Assembly (NCBI GenBank): GCA_949742535.1
Contig: CATJQX010000095.1
Location: 13-64,012 of the forward strand
DNA length: 64,000 nt
DNA from: an uncultured Muribaculaceae bacterium
GTDB taxonomy: Bacteria; Bacteroidota; Bacteroidia; Bacteroidales; Muribaculaceae
Reading direction: 5' to 3'
In this document: one piece after another, positions 62,323 through 64,000 of the stretch
Position numbering within the stretch: position 1 is the first letter of the stretch
How the letters are laid out: each line of letters opens with the position of its first letter
The notes under the pieces: model-generated
Seen by the model: only the letters and a program-made list of their open reading frames with translations
What the model was told of the DNA's origin: nothing
The model's database searches: none
Position numbers and translations under genes: made by a program

Positions 62323-62345
62323 AATAGAATAATCAATCCCATTGA

Positions 62346-63095
62346 ATGGATAAAAAACCACAACATTCGGGCGCTCCGCGTCCAGTCCATAATTCAGGCA
62401 CCTCTCGTCCGCAAGGAGCCGGTGCTTCTCGTCCCCAAAGCGCATCCGGCCCCCGTCCGGCAGGTAATGCTCCCCGTCCCGGAGGGTTCGGCGCTCCGCG
62501 TCCAGGCGGCTTTTCAGGTCCCCGTCCGGGTGGACCGCGTCCTGCTTCCGCACGTCCGCCGATGCAGGGTCCGCGTATGCCTCGTAAAGAGGAACCATAT
62601 GCTATCAATGACAGAATACGTGCGCGCGAAGTGCGTGTGGTAGGCGACAATGTGGAAAACGGGGTATATCCCATTCAACAGGCTTTGAAAATGGCCGATG
62701 AGCTTGAGCTTGACCTGGTTGAAATCTCTCCCACCGCCCAGCCTCCTGTCTGCAAAATTCTGGATTATTCGAAATTCCTGTATCAACAGAAGAAACGGCT
62801 GAAAGAACAGAAAGCCAAAGCTACCAAAGTTGTCGTAAAGGAGATCCGTTTCGGTCCCCAGACTGATGATCACGACTACAATTTCAAGCTTAAACATGCG
62901 CAGAGTTTCCTTCAGGAAGGTTCTAAAGTGAAAGCGTATGTGTTTTTCAAAGGCCGCTCGATATTGTTCAAGGAACAGGGTGAAGTGCTTCTTCTCCGTT
63001 TTGCCAACGATCTCGAGGATCTTGGGAAAGTAGAGCAGATGCCGGTTCTTGAAGGGAAACGCATGATTATCATGATATCTCCCAAGAAGAAATAA
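62346..63095 (+). CDS. infC: Translation initiation factor IF-3 with long low-complexity N-terminal extension
   Basis: [32 protein letters not shown]; synteny thrS-infC-rpmI-rplT. Confidence 0.93.
   Translation: MDKKPQHSGAPRPVHNSGTSRPQGAGASRPQSASGPRPAGNAPRPGGFGAPRPGGFSGPRPGGPRPASARPPMQGPRMPRKEEPYAINDRIRAREVRVVGDNVENGVYPIQQALKMADELELDLVEISPTAQPPVCKILDYSKFLYQQKKRLKEQKAKATKVVVKEIRFGPQTDDHDYNFKLKHAQSFLQEGSKVKAYVFFKGRSILFKEQGEVLLLRFANDLEDLGKVEQMPVLEGKRMIIMISPKKK
62370..62560 (+). repeat. Degenerate ~24-bp coding tandem repeat (xxRP units) in infC
   Basis: CGTCC at 62379, 62406, 62430, 62454, 62475, 62499, 62523, 62538, 62553; GGCGCTCCGCGTCCAG at 62370 and 62490. Confidence 0.8.
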
Positions 63096-63213
63096 ATCCG
63101 ATTGTTCCATACGCATTCATCCATGACTGTGAATGCGTTCATTAAAATGAATTATCTGTCGCCCTCTATGGCTGCGGCAATAATTATAAGTTCAACTTAA
63201 TATCATATCAAAA

Positions 63214-63411
63214 ATGCCAAAGATGAAAACCAATTCCGGTGCTAAAAAAAGGTTCGCCCTTACCGGAACAGGAAAAATCAAAAGAAAGCATGCTTTTAAA
63301 AGCCACATCCTGACCAAAAAGACTAAAAAGCAGAAACGTAACCTTACTCATTTCGGCACTGTATCGCGTGTTGACGAGCATCAGGTAAAATCGCTTCTCG
63401 GTCTCCGCTAA
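63214..63411 (+). CDS. rpmI: 50S ribosomal protein L35
   Basis: [24 protein letters not shown]. Confidence 0.97.
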   Translation: MPKMKTNSGAKKRFALTGTGKIKRKHAFKSHILTKKTKKQKRNLTHFGTVSRVDEHQVKSLLGLR

Positions 63412-63548
63412 TCAGGCTGAACTGATAAGAGTAATTGCTATCAGCAATTTTTAAGTTCAAAACATTACATTAACCGAATGTGTAGCTGAAAGTGCTCCGG
63501 ATAAATCAGACATAACCGGCGCCGCTCACAATCAAAAATCGAACAAAA

Positions 63549-63899
63549 ATGCCAAGATCAGTAAATCACGTAGCTTCCAGAGCTCGCAGAAAGAAAATCC
63601 TCAAACTTACCCGTGGTTATTACGGATGCCGTAAAAACGTATGGACCGTAGCCAAAAACACATGGGAAAAAGGTCTTACCTACGCTTACCGCGACCGTAA
63701 GGACAAAAAGCGCAACTTCCGTGCACTGTGGATCCAGCGTATCAACGCTGCAGCGCGTATGGAGGATCTTTCCTACAGCAAGCTGATGGGTCTCATTCAT
63801 AAGGCCGGTATCGAGATCAACCGCAAGGTGCTCGCCGATCTCGCTCTTAACAATCCTGCCGCTTTCAAAGCAGTTGTTGAGAAGGTGAAAAACGCTTAA
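63549..63899 (+). CDS. rplT: 50S ribosomal protein L20
   Basis: [32 protein letters not shown]. Confidence 0.97.
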   Translation: MPRSVNHVASRARRKKILKLTRGYYGCRKNVWTVAKNTWEKGLTYAYRDRKDKKRNFRALWIQRINAAARMEDLSYSKLMGLIHKAGIEINRKVLADLALNNPAAFKAVVEKVKNA

Positions 63900-63907
63900 T
63901 AAGTTTC

Positions 63908-63959
63908 GATCATAAAAAACGGGCTGTATCACGATTGATACAGCCCGTTTTTTATGATC
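63908..63959 (+). terminator. Intrinsic terminator after rplT
   Basis: GATCATAAAAAACGGGCTGTATCA..TGATACAGCCCGTTTTTTATGATC. Confidence 0.85.
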
Positions 63960-64000
63960 ATGATCATTCGGTTGCCAGCAATGGCAGGCGGTCGCAGATT

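Noticed and set aside
62370-62560. Periodic repeat considered as a CRISPR array
   Set aside because: The units are degenerate, in frame and coding, with no unique spacers and no cas genes
63111-63138. Hairpin ACGCATTCA/TGAATGCGT between infC and rpmI
   Set aside because: A simple stem with no U-tract or other distinguishing feature; function cannot be assigned
1-64000. tRNA, rRNA, IS elements, prophage, defence systems, invertible promoters
   Set aside because: No cloverleaf, transposase, recombinase, phage gene or promoter-flanking inverted-repeat pair was recognised by eye

Overview
A gene-dense housekeeping stretch of a Bacteroidales chromosome, probably Muribaculaceae-like. The evidence is TAnnTTTG -7 promoters, absence of Shine-Dalgarno signals, and Bacteroidetes-specific families such as DUF4827, DUF4923, PCMD and the PF14121-type porin. 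About 55 CDS are present, including nrnA-glmM, a MacAB-TolC-type exporter, an ECF sigma factor with a membrane partner, lptF/G-tgt, Ktr and Kup K+ uptake, a PhoBR-like two-component system with a PiT transporter, uvrD/pcrA, PPi-PFK, dnaB, a membrane pyrophosphatase and thrS-infC-rpmI-rplT. I saw no tRNA, rRNA, CRISPR array, prophage or IS element. The most interesting signals are: (1) a thrS leader hairpin whose 7-nt loop carries UGU exactly at the anticodon position, a candidate tRNA-Thr mimic for autoregulation; (2) a promoter-to-terminator non-coding unit at ~10.3-10.6 kb, made of a multi-stem sRNA plus a 3' pseudoknot-capable domain; (3) an IF3 with a ~75-aa Pro/Arg/Gly repeat extension; (4) a secreted endonuclease I homologue that appears to lack its catalytic residues, translationally coupled to a lipoprotein; (5) an operon of twin paralogous beta-barrels plus a PCMD lipoprotein; and (6) an S41 protease pseudogene with a microhomology deletion scar. 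All family assignments come from motif recognition by eye; no database searches were run.
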